Notes: a model not told the origin generated them from the sequence alone. A stretch of DNA of 64,000 nucleotides from a virus (IMGVR_UViG_3300018475_000004); one strand, 5' to 3'. Positions 12,126 through 22,712 are shown, counted from the first letter of the stretch. Translations and numbers: made by a program.

Positions 12126-12350
12126 ATGGCACAAACGATAGTGATTACCATTTTATGGGCTGTTATGTCGCTCCTGGCAATGATTGAATATGCACCTTTG
12201 TGTAAAGATTTATCGGAAGGTGATAGATTGGCAGTAGGATTGATTTTCATTATTGGTGGCCCAATATTCGCGGCCGCAAATGTGCTTGAGGCACTTTTAG
12301 ATTGTTTTTTACCGGAAGGATGGAGCGACGATGGAGCTAAAGGATATTAA
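12126..12350 (+). CDS. Small membrane protein
   Basis: 74 aa, two hydrophobic segments. Confidence 0.55.
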   Translation: MAQTIVITILWAVMSLLAMIEYAPLCKDLSEGDRLAVGLIFIIGGPIFAAANVLEALLDCFLPEGWSDDGAKGY

Positions 12351-13110
12351 GAGTTATGTAAATGAACGCAAACAAGAGTTGAAGGAAAAAGTTTCTAAAA
12401 TGGAATTTCCTCCCACCCTAGCAATTGTCCAAGTTGGTGAGAATGAAGCATCAAATCGTTATATTAGAAATAAGATGAAAGATTGTGATGAAATCGGCAT
12501 CACCGCACACACTTATTTTTATCCCACAGAAACCACTGAATTTGAATTAGATGACCAATTAGAGCATATGGTTGAATTTTATGACGGCGTCATAGTGCAA
12601 CTACCACTCCCGCCCCATATCCGCGTCAAGGTCGCGCAGGCCGCAATCCCCAGAGAAAAAGATGTGGATGGATTTAGATGTGATAGTTTATTCCAACCCG
12701 CAACTCCTCTTGGAATTATGAATTATTTGGATTATTGTGGTTTCAATTTTGAAGGTAAAGAAGTCATGATTATCGGCAGAAGTGATATTGTCGGTAAGCC
12801 TCTCGCAAAAATGATGACTGATAGGGACGCAACGGTCACCTTGTGTCATAGTCATTCCAAATTGTCAAATCATTTGTATAGTAGTGATTTGATTGTAAGC
12901 GCCGTCGGCAAACCGGGATTTTTGAATTGTTATCCAATTCATGTTCCAGTTGTCGATGTGGGCATAAATTTTGTAGATGGAAAGCTAGTTGGAGATTGTT
13001 ACAATACCGAGGGGCGCAATGTAACTCCAGTCCCCGGAGGTGTTGGTTTATTGACACGATTGGCTCTCTTGGAAAATGTTGTGAAAGCTAAGGAGCTTAA
13101 GGATGGATAA
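12331..13110 (+). CDS. folD: Bifunctional methylenetetrahydrofolate dehydrogenase/cyclohydrolase
   Basis: VQLPLP, EKDVDGF, PATPLGI, IIGRSDIVGKP, TVTLCHS, VVDVGIN, TPVPGGVG motifs. Confidence 0.93.
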   Translation: MELKDIKSYVNERKQELKEKVSKMEFPPTLAIVQVGENEASNRYIRNKMKDCDEIGITAHTYFYPTETTEFELDDQLEHMVEFYDGVIVQLPLPPHIRVKVAQAAIPREKDVDGFRCDSLFQPATPLGIMNYLDYCGFNFEGKEVMIIGRSDIVGKPLAKMMTDRDATVTLCHSHSKLSNHLYSSDLIVSAVGKPGFLNCYPIHVPVVDVGINFVDGKLVGDCYNTEGRNVTPVPGGVGLLTRLALLENVVKAKELKDG

Positions 13111-13414
13111 GTGGGTAAGTATTTTATTAGAAGTGGAAGAAATGTGGGAAGGATCTCGTGAGCGTATGTCGGCCGCATGGTATCCAATGACCGAGGATTA
13201 CAGACGAGAACGAGATTTTTATAAGGCTCGCCGCATTTTAGATATGTATGGATATGATTACTTCCGGATGTTTGTGGAGCGCTGTCCGCACATTCTGGAT
13301 CTAATAGAACAATATGGTTACAGTCCGTGCGAAACAGGCGATGGAAACTGTAGCATGATGTGTATTTTCTATAAGAATGGAGGTTGTACCAATGCCACAA
13401 AGCGGATGGATTAA
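13103..13414 (+). CDS. Hypothetical protein
   Basis: 103 aa, coupled to folD, Cys-rich C-terminus. Confidence 0.6.
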   Translation: MDKWVSILLEVEEMWEGSRERMSAAWYPMTEDYRRERDFYKARRILDMYGYDYFRMFVERCPHILDLIEQYGYSPCETGDGNCSMMCIFYKNGGCTNATKRMD

Positions 13415-13631
13415 TGGTGTTCAGTTGATTCCTGAGAACATGAATTACAAGGTTGACGGTTCTGGTCGAATTATCATCCCGGCGCATTTGAGAAATAAGT
13501 TCCAAATTGAAATTGGCGATAGAGTAGAATATTTTACTGCTTTTATTGACAATAGCTGGTTTTTATGTGTAAGATTGGATAAAGAAGCAACTGAGGCTGA
13601 AAGGGAAAAGCAAAATGCAGAAAATTTATAA
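13392..13631 (+). CDS. AbrB/MraZ-type DNA-binding protein
   Basis: KVDGSGRIIIPAHLRNKFQIEIGDRVEY matches swapped-hairpin AbrB pattern; GGAGG RBS before ATG 13392. Confidence 0.8.
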   Translation: MPQSGWINGVQLIPENMNYKVDGSGRIIIPAHLRNKFQIEIGDRVEYFTAFIDNSWFLCVRLDKEATEAEREKQNAENL

Positions 13632-14118
13632 GTATAGACTGCCAAGAGATGGCGAAGTTGTGACTATCAATGACCATGTTATTGATTGGCTGCATGTAGG
13701 ACTCCAGGATAATTTACCAACGGTCTGGGGTGTTGTAGATTTGGATGGCAATAATCGCCACGCCAAGAGAAGTTGGGATATTGTGGCCTGGGGTACCGGT
13801 TGGGATTTACCGGACGAGGTTTGGATGGATTGCGACTACATTGGAACTTGCGAAGATAGATATGGATATGTTTGGCACTATTTTGCCAGAATGAATACTG
13901 TCTTTGAAGATCCAAGAGAAGAAGAGACGCTTGCGGCGGCCTCTGCCTACGCGATGCCAGGGGACTCCTTCAGTGTAACATTGGACGAGGAAGTATTGAG
14001 ACGAATCTTGGGAAACACAGAGGCTAATTGGAGCGTTATGAACGATACAATTACATATGTTACAAGCAATTGCGCCGACCCAACCAGTGCGACGGCAGTC
14101 ACATTTGCGCGCCAGTAA
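13615..14118 (+). CDS. Hypothetical phage protein
   Basis: 167 aa, overlaps upstream stop, TAA end. Confidence 0.65.
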   Translation: MQKIYKYRLPRDGEVVTINDHVIDWLHVGLQDNLPTVWGVVDLDGNNRHAKRSWDIVAWGTGWDLPDEVWMDCDYIGTCEDRYGYVWHYFARMNTVFEDPREEETLAAASAYAMPGDSFSVTLDEEVLRRILGNTEANWSVMNDTITYVTSNCADPTSATAVTFARQ

Positions 14119-14556
14119 AAATTTGAGGAGAATGGTAAAATACCGTTCTCCTTTTTTTTATCCCAGAATCGTATTCCGAAATTGAAAATTGATTTCAAGA
14201 TTGTATTGCCCAGCGCAAAAGTTTTGGCCTATCGAAAAAAAAGTTTTTCCCGAAATACACCCCCGGTTTTTCATCCGGCAGAAAATACAGAGTCTATTGT
14301 CCATGTCTCTAAACTCTCTGACACATGACAGATACCCACCCCCTACAAAGCACCCCCTAATTGCTCGGCTCGGCGACGTGCGCGCAGAGCCGATTTTGCG
14401 TTATCTTGAGAGGTTCGAGAAAATTTTGCCACATTCCAAAGAAAAAAAATAATAAAAAAATTTCCTAAAACCCCTTGACAAACTCTCACCCGTGTGTTAT
14501 AATAAAGCTACAAAAAACAGAGGAACACACCTCACAAAGTAAAGGAGATAATCACT

Positions 14557-14928
14557 ATGATGCACAACGTAAACGAACTGTACCACATCAACGGACAGAA
14601 GCTCTACACCAAGGACTACATCGAAGCCCACAACATCCCCAAGCGTAACATCTATGACATCCACAACGAAGGTGGTTGGTCCGAGGTCATGTACATCAAC
14701 AACAACAAAGGCATCATCAACATCTACACCGCACAGGGCAAGAAGGTTGGCTACCTCTACGGACAGTACACGTGGTTCGACACAGAGGCTGAGCGTGACG
14801 AGTACAGAGCACAGCGCAACACAGAGAGAGAAGAAGAGACTAAGCGCAACAAGATGCTCAAGGCTATCATGGAACACTACAAGAGCATGAGTACTGAAGA
14901 GCTTGCTAAGGTAATGGCTACTCTGTAA
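14557..14928 (+). CDS. Hypothetical early protein
   Basis: 123 aa, own promoter and AGGAG RBS, C-ending codon bias. Confidence 0.75.
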   Translation: MMHNVNELYHINGQKLYTKDYIEAHNIPKRNIYDIHNEGGWSEVMYINNNKGIINIYTAQGKKVGYLYGQYTWFDTEAERDEYRAQRNTEREEETKRNKMLKAIMEHYKSMSTEELAKVMATL

Positions 14929-15100
14929 GGAGTAGCCACCGACCACGACCCACAGGCTCCCTAACTGGCCCGTAGGGCTAGGCTGTAGAAAAAAAAGTGT
15001 GTAAAATAATAAAAAAAAGCTTGACAAATAACTCCTGTAATGTTATAATAAAGACACAAAGAGAGAGGGACACAACCCAAGAGTAAAGGAGATACACACT

Positions 15101-15268
15101 ATGAAGAACACCATGACCGTCGCTGAACTGATCGCTCTGCTGAACAAGGTAGAAGACAAGAACACCACCGTAGAGTTCCACAGCATCAGCAACAGAGCCT
15201 ACCAGGATACCATCGTAGATGTAAAGACTAGCAAGTACACCAAGCACACCACCATCACCATCAAGTAA
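15101..15268 (+). CDS. Small hypothetical early protein (MTVAELIALL)
   Basis: 55 aa, AAGGAG RBS, own promoter; below ORF-track cutoff. Confidence 0.7.
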   Translation: MKNTMTVAELIALLNKVEDKNTTVEFHSISNRAYQDTIVDVKTSKYTKHTTITIK

Positions 15269-15282
15269 AGGAGGCACACACA

Positions 15283-15501
15283 ATGAACAAGACAGCCATC
15301 AACAAGATGCTCGACATCATCACAGAGCGCAAGCCTAGCCTGCGCGAGACCTATCAGTACAACTACATCATGCGCATGATGGACAAGCCGAAGGGCACAC
15401 TTGCCTATGCAGAGAAGCTGTACGTCAAAGAGAACCTGCGGTCTCTGTGTGCTGTGGCAGGACTAAGCTATGAGAGACTAATCATGAAGGTCTGCAAATA
15501 A
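15283..15501 (+). CDS. Hypothetical early protein
   Basis: 72 aa, AGGAGG RBS, hairpin at stop. Confidence 0.7.
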   Translation: MNKTAINKMLDIITERKPSLRETYQYNYIMRMMDKPKGTLAYAEKLYVKENLRSLCAVAGLSYERLIMKVCK

Positions 15502-15659
15502 GCAGACCTTTACTTGTCTCCGCACACGACCGCCACCTGCCTAGACTTCGGCGAAATGCACAACTCAGCAAATAAAAAACGCAATTCTTTTGTGTATTTT
15601 GACGATTGACAAATCCCATAATTCATGATACAATACAGGTACAAACAACGAAGGAGATA

Positions 15660-15941
15660 ATGACAATGATTAGAAAAGTACTGTGCGTAGGAATGCTGGC
15701 TCTGGCTATGGTGTGCGGATGGATGCTCGTAGACTGTCTCTACAGTGATGCTAATGAAGTAAGTGCTACTGTGTGCGAAGTCAATGCAGAGGCTGTTGCT
15801 TTTGAGGATGCTTCTGGCGAGGTCTGGGTCTGGGAACTGGAAGAGGGAGAATCCTTCGAACTGGGGCAGCAGGTCTGGATTGAGTTTGATGACATGGGTA
15901 CAAATGACATTTACGACGATGAAATTATTAGAATTTTCTAA
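15660..15941 (+). CDS. Hypothetical protein with N-terminal signal/TM helix
   Basis: RBS GGAG before ATG 15660, hydrophobic N-terminus, acidic domain. Confidence 0.65.
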   Translation: MTMIRKVLCVGMLALAMVCGWMLVDCLYSDANEVSATVCEVNAEAVAFEDASGEVWVWELEEGESFELGQQVWIEFDDMGTNDIYDDEIIRIF

Positions 15942-16008
15942 AAAGGGGCTTGACAACAAGCCTCTTTTGTGTTATAATGAAGACAACAAAAGAGAGGAGC
16001 CAAGAGCC

Positions 16009-16188
16009 ATGAAGAAACTGTTCAAATACATCCGCTTCCGCATCTGCCGGAACATCTATTACGCAGACTGGTGTCCTGTGGACAATCGCAAGAATTACAA
16101 GCAAATGTTTGAAAACTTCCTTGCGGCCTTGGGTCTGACCCTCACAGGTCTGGTTGTTATGATTCTGTTCTGTCTGATGGGGTTTTGA
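16009..16188 (+). CDS. Small membrane protein
   Basis: 59 aa, RBS, C-terminal hydrophobic helix. Confidence 0.6.
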   Translation: MKKLFKYIRFRICRNIYYADWCPVDNRKNYKQMFENFLAALGLTLTGLVVMILFCLMGF

Positions 16189-16274
16189 AAAATAAATAAA
16201 AAACCCCTTGACAAATCCCGAAACTCATGTTATAATAAAGGTACAAAAAAGGAAAACAAAAGGAGATAAAAACA

Positions 16275-16589
16275 ATGGCTACTATGAGATTTGAAATGAC
16301 CTACCACGCTAAGGAAGAACGGATTGACAGACTCACCGCTTGCATCCAACATCTGGGATTCAATGAAATCATCAGAGAACAGACAAGCTACCGGCATGGC
16401 GAATACGCAACCAGAAAGCTGACTGATACCGGAATCATTTTGGTAGTCAAGGATGATACCCTCATCACCGGATACATGGGAACGATGGCTCAGGTTTCTT
16501 CCTTCTACTACAATGAAAAGATGCCTGTGGCATTGAAGAACAGAGTCCGCAAGAACAATGAAAAGTATGCGTTTCTGCTGAGAATGTAA
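16275..16589 (+). CDS. Hypothetical early protein
   Basis: 104 aa, promoter and RBS. Confidence 0.7.
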   Translation: MATMRFEMTYHAKEERIDRLTACIQHLGFNEIIREQTSYRHGEYATRKLTDTGIILVVKDDTLITGYMGTMAQVSSFYYNEKMPVALKNRVRKNNEKYAFLLRM

Positions 16590-16667
16590 GGGGAATGAAA
16601 AATTCCCCTTGACAATAAATAAAAAGTATGTTATAATATTTATAGAAAAACAAAGGAGTTGACAACA

Positions 16668-16814
16668 ATGGCAAAGAAGAAAAAGGAACTGGATCGCCGA
16701 GTATTCAAGAAAGAGGGCGAAGAACTTCAGCAGTGGCTGAACTTCCGCAAGAGAGGAAGCAAGGTAGAAAGTGGCAAGCGATACAATCGCCAGAAGTTCA
16801 AGAAAGGAGAATGA
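16668..16814 (+). CDS. Small basic peptide (weakly ArfA-like C-terminus)
   Basis: 48 aa MAKKKKELDRRVFKKEGEELQQWLNFRKRGSKVESGKRYNRQKFKKGE; promoter and RBS. Confidence 0.65.
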   Translation: MAKKKKELDRRVFKKEGEELQQWLNFRKRGSKVESGKRYNRQKFKKGE

Positions 16815-16818
16815 TACC

Positions 16819-17097
16819 ATGTTGAATCCAGTTAGATTCGCAGACCTCTGCGACAATGTCAAAAACATGAACAAAGAACAGTTGCGGGCACTCGCTCAGA
16901 TGTGCGAGGAACGCATTGACGAAAGACAGGAACGGTTTGAACAACTGTGTAATGGCTTCTACAATTATCTGGAAGACATTCAGAGGGAGTTTCCCAATGC
17001 TCATGTCTATCTCATTCATGGCAACGCACAGAAGTTTGATGTGATGGACTGCATCATCCCGCAAAATACTTACGAATGTTGTGAAATTGGGGATTGA
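16819..17097 (+). CDS. Hypothetical protein
   Basis: 92 aa, AAAGGAG RBS. Confidence 0.65.
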   Translation: MLNPVRFADLCDNVKNMNKEQLRALAQMCEERIDERQERFEQLCNGFYNYLEDIQREFPNAHVYLIHGNAQKFDVMDCIIPQNTYECCEIGD

Positions 17098-17144
17098 CAA
17101 ATCCCCAATTACATGGTATAATAAGTACAACAAAAGGAAAGGAA

Positions 17145-17327
17145 ATGATAATAATGGTTGAGAGATGTCCTAATTGCGGAAGCACCGCACAGTTCAAGGT
17201 AGTTTACGAGGGAGAAACTTCCCATCAGCTGTATCGCAAATTCAAATGTGGTTGCGGAGCCACCGCAGAAATCACATACAAGAAAACTGAAATGATTTTC
17301 CGGTCACCTTCTGGAACCAAGCTGTAA
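17145..17327 (+). CDS. Small zinc-ribbon protein
   Basis: CPNCG and CGCG motifs, own promoter. Confidence 0.65.
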   Translation: MIIMVERCPNCGSTAQFKVVYEGETSHQLYRKFKCGCGATAEITYKKTEMIFRSPSGTKL

Positions 17328-17541
17328 AGTGAGAAGAAATTCTCACTTTATTTTTCGGCGCGCCGCCCACGACCCAGCCGGCGCGTTATTTCCATTATAC
17401 CACAGCCCAGCCAATTTGTCAATAGGCAATTTGCACAAAAAACTTTTTTTGAAAAATCCCAAAATAATGCTTGACAAATCGTGATTTATAGTGTATACTA
17501 GGCTTATAAATCAAGGGGCAACCCGGAAAGAGGAACACAAA

Positions 17542-18102
17542 ATGAATGAGGTTATTTTTGAGGGTCTGGTAAAAGAATACAATCGCCGTAAGAACGCAGG
17601 CTTGTCCGCAGGACACATCCAGAAGGCATGGAAAGCAGTTCTGACCGCTTACAAGGCAAATCAGTATGAAGCATGGATGAAGCGGTTCACCGTCAAGGAA
17701 AAAGACAAGGTCGCTTTTAAGTGCGGAAGAGGTAGAACCAACCACACCAAGCATTACATTGATTGGAAGGTGCGGGAAGTGTTCGGCTCTGCTTGCTATC
17801 TGCTCCATGTGTACTTTGTGGAATCTGGTCTGCTGTACGCAAGCAAGATTGGTACAAGCGAACAACCGCAGGAAAGATTTCAGCAGGAAGTCGCCGAGTA
17901 TGAAAAGTTGGCAGGTGCAAAAGTTCGGCTTGAAGTTGTAATGTGCGAACCCTGCCACAACCTCTCCGCCACAATCGCCTGTGAAAGTCGGATGCGTGCT
18001 TATTTCATCGGCAAGTATGAAGAAGCCTATCAGCTGAATGACCGCTTTGTTGGTGTTCTGATTGACCCCAAGGAAGCAAAGAGAGTTGCCAAGCCCTACT
18101 AA
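17542..18102 (+). CDS. GIY-YIG-like nuclease-fold protein
   Basis: CYLL..LLYASKIGTS..ERF..E..MRAYF pattern loosely resembles GIY-YIG. Confidence 0.4.
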   Translation: MNEVIFEGLVKEYNRRKNAGLSAGHIQKAWKAVLTAYKANQYEAWMKRFTVKEKDKVAFKCGRGRTNHTKHYIDWKVREVFGSACYLLHVYFVESGLLYASKIGTSEQPQERFQQEVAEYEKLAGAKVRLEVVMCEPCHNLSATIACESRMRAYFIGKYEEAYQLNDRFVGVLIDPKEAKRVAKPY

Positions 18103-18157
18103 AAAAGGGCTTGACAAAATCTCCAAACTATGATACAATAATCAAGAGGTGAGATAA

Positions 18158-18358
18158 ATGGATAAAATTAAATGTAGATCCCTGACTCATGTGCGGTGCG
18201 GTCTGGTGTTCCCCGAACATGGTACAATGTGGAAAGTCGTGAACTACTCCACCGGAGATGATTTGTGGATCGTGGAATGTTGCTTTGACAAGTCTTTCAC
18301 ACACTACAAAAAAGATGAAGAAATCAGAAAAATTGTTGGAATACCTCTTGACAAATGA
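18158..18358 (+). CDS. Hypothetical protein
   Basis: 66 aa, promoter and GAGGTG RBS. Confidence 0.6.
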   Translation: MDKIKCRSLTHVRCGLVFPEHGTMWKVVNYSTGDDLWIVECCFDKSFTHYKKDEEIRKIVGIPLDK

Positions 18359-18408
18359 GGTATTCCGTGTTATAATTAAGGTACAAAAAAGGAAAGGAAC
18401 TGAATCAA

Positions 18409-18849
18409 ATGACTGTTACAATTAACTTCGACATGGACGGCACAATCGCTGACCTCTACGGTGTCAAGAACTGGCTCCCCTATCTGGAAGCTGAAGATAC
18501 CACTCCCTACGCAATCGCAAAACCTCTGCTGAACCTCTCCGCTCTGGCTCGCAAGCTGAACGCACTCCAGAAGCAAGGCTATCGGCTCTCCGTTATCTCC
18601 TGGACTTCCAAGAGCGGAAGCAAAGAGTACAACGCAAGAGTTACCGAAGTCAAAAAGGTCTGGCTTGCGGAACATCTGCCCTCCGTCCATTGGGATGAAA
18701 TCAACATCGTTCCCTATGGCACTCCTAAGGAAATGTTCTGCCGAACCCCTCTCGACATTCTGTTCGATGATGAGGAACGGAACAGAACTGGATGGACTGG
18801 CATCCCCCACGATGTACAGAACATCATGGAAATTCTCAGAGAAATCTGA
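18409..18849 (+). CDS. HAD-superfamily phosphatase (5'(3')-deoxyribonucleotidase-like)
   Basis: FDMDGTIAD motif I, ISWTS motif II, LFDDE motif IV. Confidence 0.75.
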   Translation: MTVTINFDMDGTIADLYGVKNWLPYLEAEDTTPYAIAKPLLNLSALARKLNALQKQGYRLSVISWTSKSGSKEYNARVTEVKKVWLAEHLPSVHWDEINIVPYGTPKEMFCRTPLDILFDDEERNRTGWTGIPHDVQNIMEILREI

Positions 18850-18924
18850 GAATTTCCTCTTGACAAATCCGAAAACCTATGATACAATAATTACAACAAA
18901 AGAGAACTGAAAGGAATTGATACT

Positions 18925-19296
18925 ATGAATAATCCTAATCTTGCCCATGTTGCTGTCGCTGAGTGTTCTACCCGTGAGAACCGAAAAAGATACAAGTACC
19001 TGTCCGACATTCTGAGCGCCTTATCTGGTTTCGGCGAGTGCGGTGCTACTGCCACACAGATTGCCGAGGTAGTCGGCAGAAAGAGATGGGAGTCTTACGG
19101 CTACCCGATGGAGAAGTACAACCCCGAGTATCATGCTCCCACTGTTCAGCTGATTTCTCAGAATGTGCGGAAGCTGGTCAAGGTCGGCGCAGTCCAGCGC
19201 ACTGAGTTCATCACCGGACGCACCCTCCGCATCCAGGTCGGTCGGAACGAGTGGAAGGACATTCCCGAAAAGATTGTCCTTTTCAATGTGATTTGA
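18925..19296 (+). CDS. Putative winged-helix protein
   Basis: 123 aa; ATATQIAE...ISQNVRKLVKVGAVQR pattern. Confidence 0.5.
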   Translation: MNNPNLAHVAVAECSTRENRKRYKYLSDILSALSGFGECGATATQIAEVVGRKRWESYGYPMEKYNPEYHAPTVQLISQNVRKLVKVGAVQRTEFITGRTLRIQVGRNEWKDIPEKIVLFNVI

Positions 19297-19757
19297 TTTT
19301 GGAATCCCTTTCCAGAAATGGAAAGGGATTTTTCGTCATTTTGCACAAAAGTTCGGCGGCGCGCCCACGGTCCAGGCGCGCCGAATTTGGCACAATAACC
19401 AACCTAGGCATTTATTTTCGGCGATTATTTGTGTATTTTAACGAGTTGACAAATCCCAAAATCTGTGGTACAATGACTGTGTCAAGAGGGGAACCTCGAC
19501 GGAGAAAATCGCCAAGAGAAAGCGGAAAGAGAGAAGTTGCGGACTGACATAGTCCTTGCCCGAGGGTACAAGGAATGAGCTGGGGCAACAATCTAAAACA
19601 GGTCTTTTGAGGCAAGAAGTATCGGAGATAATCAAAAAAGTCCGGAATTTTTTGAGAAAACCTCTTGACAAACCAAACAATCTATGCTATAATACAAATA
19701 CAAGGTGAGGGAAACGATGGTAAGCCCCACCAAATAAATGAAATGAGGTAAAATATT

Positions 19758-20207
19758 ATGGCACACAATTTCTCTTCTATGATGGCACTGGCTCCCAAGA
19801 CTCGTGAAACCTTCAAGGCTCTGCCTGTTGAGTTCACCAAGAAGCAGTTCAATGAGGTTCGTGACCGCTTCTCCGATGGTCGCTATCCCTATTCCGCTTC
19901 CGTCTGTCTGGAAACTGCCCGGGAGTATGGTCTGGTGCAGGTCGTCCGCACTGAGAAGACTACCTACCACAAGGAAGTCCGTGTGGTTATCAACCCCAAG
20001 ACCCACGAGAAGTTCACCGAAGACCAGTTGGATGAACTGTGGTGCAAGAAGCTGGCTCGTGAGTTCGGTCTGCGGTTCGATGGCCATCTGCCCTGCTACT
20101 CTGAACTGCGGAACTTCATGGACTACGCCGAGATGGAGTTTGAGGGTTTCCGCAATGTCTTCTCCGTCAACTGGGCGAAGCTGGAAAAAATGTGTCAGGG
20201 ATTCTAA
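19758..20207 (+). CDS. Hypothetical early protein
   Basis: 149 aa, promoter, GAGGT RBS. Confidence 0.7.
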   Translation: MAHNFSSMMALAPKTRETFKALPVEFTKKQFNEVRDRFSDGRYPYSASVCLETAREYGLVQVVRTEKTTYHKEVRVVINPKTHEKFTEDQLDELWCKKLAREFGLRFDGHLPCYSELRNFMDYAEMEFEGFRNVFSVNWAKLEKMCQGF

Positions 20208-20275
20208 AAAAATCCCTTGACAAACCGGCTATTTTGTGATACAATAAGTTCATCAAAGGAAAGGAATTGATACCA

Positions 20276-20947
20276 ATGAATAAGACAATTTTCTGTACTC
20301 TGGACACCGAGACTGTAGGCGGTGCTTCCACTCCCTCCGGAATGTACAATGTCGGCTGTACCATCCATGACAGAGAGGGTAACATCTTCGCAACCACCAA
20401 TCTTCTGGTGATGGAACACTATGAGGAAATCCGCAACGATGACTATGCCAAGAAGAACTTCCCCATCTATGCCAAGAGACTGGCAAGCGGTGAAATGTCT
20501 GCGGTGACTACCGAAGCCGAGGCAGTCAGCATTGTTTCCAATCTGTGCCACTTCTACGGCGTCAAGTACATCTGTGCTTACAATTCCGCTTTCGACCTTA
20601 CCAAAACTGCCTGCCGTGCGTTGGCTGAGGAGTTCGAGTTCATCGACCTTTGGTTGATGGCAACCCAGACCATCTGCCACCAGAAAGGCTATGCCAAGTT
20701 TTGCCGTGCAAATGGCTTCCAGTCCAGAAGCAAGAACACTTGTGCGACCACTGCGGAAGCCGTGTATGCGTTCATCACTAACGACCCCGACTTCATCGAG
20801 GAACACACGGCTCTGGCTGATGCCATGATTGAAATGCAGATTTTTGTCCGCTGTCTGCGGACACACAAGAAGTTCACCAAGAATGTGCATTGCTGGGATG
20901 CCAAGGGCAAGGAATACAACAAGTGTTTCCCCAAGTGGGCGGAGTAA
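20276..20947 (+). CDS. DEDDh 3'-5' exonuclease
   Basis: LDTET (ExoI), YNSAFDL (ExoII), HTALADA (ExoIII). Confidence 0.85.
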   Translation: MNKTIFCTLDTETVGGASTPSGMYNVGCTIHDREGNIFATTNLLVMEHYEEIRNDDYAKKNFPIYAKRLASGEMSAVTTEAEAVSIVSNLCHFYGVKYICAYNSAFDLTKTACRALAEEFEFIDLWLMATQTICHQKGYAKFCRANGFQSRSKNTCATTAEAVYAFITNDPDFIEEHTALADAMIEMQIFVRCLRTHKKFTKNVHCWDAKGKEYNKCFPKWAE

Positions 20948-21046
20948 TCCGCCCCATCCCCTAAAAAAAATTTTTCAAAAACCTCTTGACAAACCAACTA
21001 ATCCATGTTATAATGTTGGTACAACAAAGGAAAGGAACTGATACCT

Positions 21047-21475
21047 ATGAAGTATGTAATCTCTGTTTTTTACTCCGACGCTGAGGTCACTGTCAAGACT
21101 GACGACCCCGAAATCGCAATCCTGGAACTGCTGAGAGCTGACACGAACGGCAATCATGCCCATGTGTGCGACGGCTACACCGGCGAGGTTCTGGCTCTGG
21201 TGAACCACCCCGACCAGTTCGCCACGGACGAGTTCTCTCTGATGATTCTGGGGGTGCTGATGAAGCACCTCTGGGAACAGGACGAGGAACCCATCCCCGA
21301 ACCCGAACTCGAGGTCGAGCGAGAAATCATCCCCAACATTTTCGAGGTCATGTCCGCCCTGGCCGAACAGCAGAAAGCCGAACTCCTGCCCCCCGAGGAA
21401 CCCGAAGAGTGTATGTCAGCCGAGGACATGGTTTTGAAGGTGATTCAGGTTATGGGCGGAGGTCTGCCCAGCTGA
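21047..21475 (+). CDS. Hypothetical acidic protein
   Basis: 142 aa, promoter and RBS, followed by terminator 21481-21510. Confidence 0.7.
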   Translation: MKYVISVFYSDAEVTVKTDDPEIAILELLRADTNGNHAHVCDGYTGEVLALVNHPDQFATDEFSLMILGVLMKHLWEQDEEPIPEPELEVEREIIPNIFEVMSALAEQQKAELLPPEEPEECMSAEDMVLKVIQVMGGGLPS

Positions 21476-22246
21476 TACGAAAGCCACCCCATTTTTGGGG
21501 TGGCTTTTTCGGCGCGGCGCCCACGGTTGATGGGCGCCGAAATTTTATTATACCACACCGCCAGCCAATTTGTCAAGAGGAAAATTGCACAAATAATAAA
21601 TAATTATTTTTCCCGATTTTGTGTATTTTGCCAATTGCAATCTGGGGGCAGATGTGGTATAGTATTGGTGTCAAGGGGAGGGAACGCCTCGGGAGTTGGG
21701 AAACCCACGCTAGGCGTCGAACTGTTGGCAGAGGCTGTGTACGACCCAACCTTCCGGCACGCAACTTTCTTGAAGAAACTTCAAGAAACCCCTTGACAAA
21801 TCCCCCAAGTTGTGATACAATGTAAGAGAAGTCAAGAGGTTAGCCGTGGTCGGAGGCGGTAGGGCTTGCGGAGCAAGTGACCACAAGATGACCGAACAGA
21901 AGGAAATCTGAAAAAAAACCTCTTGACAAACTCCCCAAGATGTGTTATAATAAGGGTACAAAAGAGGGAAGCATGGCAGAAGTCGTTGAGACAAGACCCA
22001 CGAGAGTCGTGTCAGACCATGACGACAAAGTCCTCGACCGCACGGTCGCTCCGTTGTGCGGAATATAAATGTGAACCAATCCCGAGGCTGTATTAGGGAC
22101 TAGGTGGAGTGAAAGCCAAAAAAAAATTCAAAAAACCTCTTGACAACTGGCTCAAGATGTGATACAATAAGAATGTAAGGAGGAACACCTCTTACAGATA
22201 AATCAAATTTGGGTTGCGACCTACCGCAAGATTGGAGATCGATACT

Positions 22247-22624
22247 ATGGCTAACACTACTTCTTCTTCCGCTCGTCTGACCAAGGCTCAGAAGTTCGCC
22301 ATTCTGGCTGAACTGCCCGCCGTCAAGGCTGACCCCATGCTGTCCGAGTTCATCGCCCACGAAGTTGAGCTTCTGGCAAAGAAGAACTCCGCCGACAAGA
22401 AGCCCACTGCCCAGCAGGAGGCAAATGCCGTAATCAAGACCGCCGTTCTGGAGGTTCTGGCTGACGGCAAGAAGCGCACCGTGTCCGAACTGCTCAAGGA
22501 AGTGCCCGGTCTGCCCGACACCATGACCAATCAGCGCATGAGCGCACTCGTCCGTCAGATGGTCGATGCGGGTCAGGTTGTCCGCTCCGAGGACAAGCGC
22601 AAGGCGTTCTTCGCCATTGCGTAA
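22247..22624 (+). CDS. Winged-helix-like protein, paralog A1
   Basis: LTKAQKF...TVSELLK...TNQRMSALVRQMV..G.V.R; near-identical motifs in 25258-25650. Confidence 0.7.
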   Translation: MANTTSSSARLTKAQKFAILAELPAVKADPMLSEFIAHEVELLAKKNSADKKPTAQQEANAVIKTAVLEVLADGKKRTVSELLKEVPGLPDTMTNQRMSALVRQMVDAGQVVRSEDKRKAFFAIA

Positions 22625-22712
22625 CCCGATGGGGGAGGAAACTCCCCCAAAATTTCCCCTTGACAAATCCAGCAATCTGTGCTATACTTAGTACAGAAAG
22701 GAGATGACCCCG

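Noticed and set aside
11989-12145. Small hydrophobic ORF ending TAG-TGA as further recoding evidence
   Set aside because: Short GTG-start ORF, and the tandem stop is compatible with either code, so it is uninformative.
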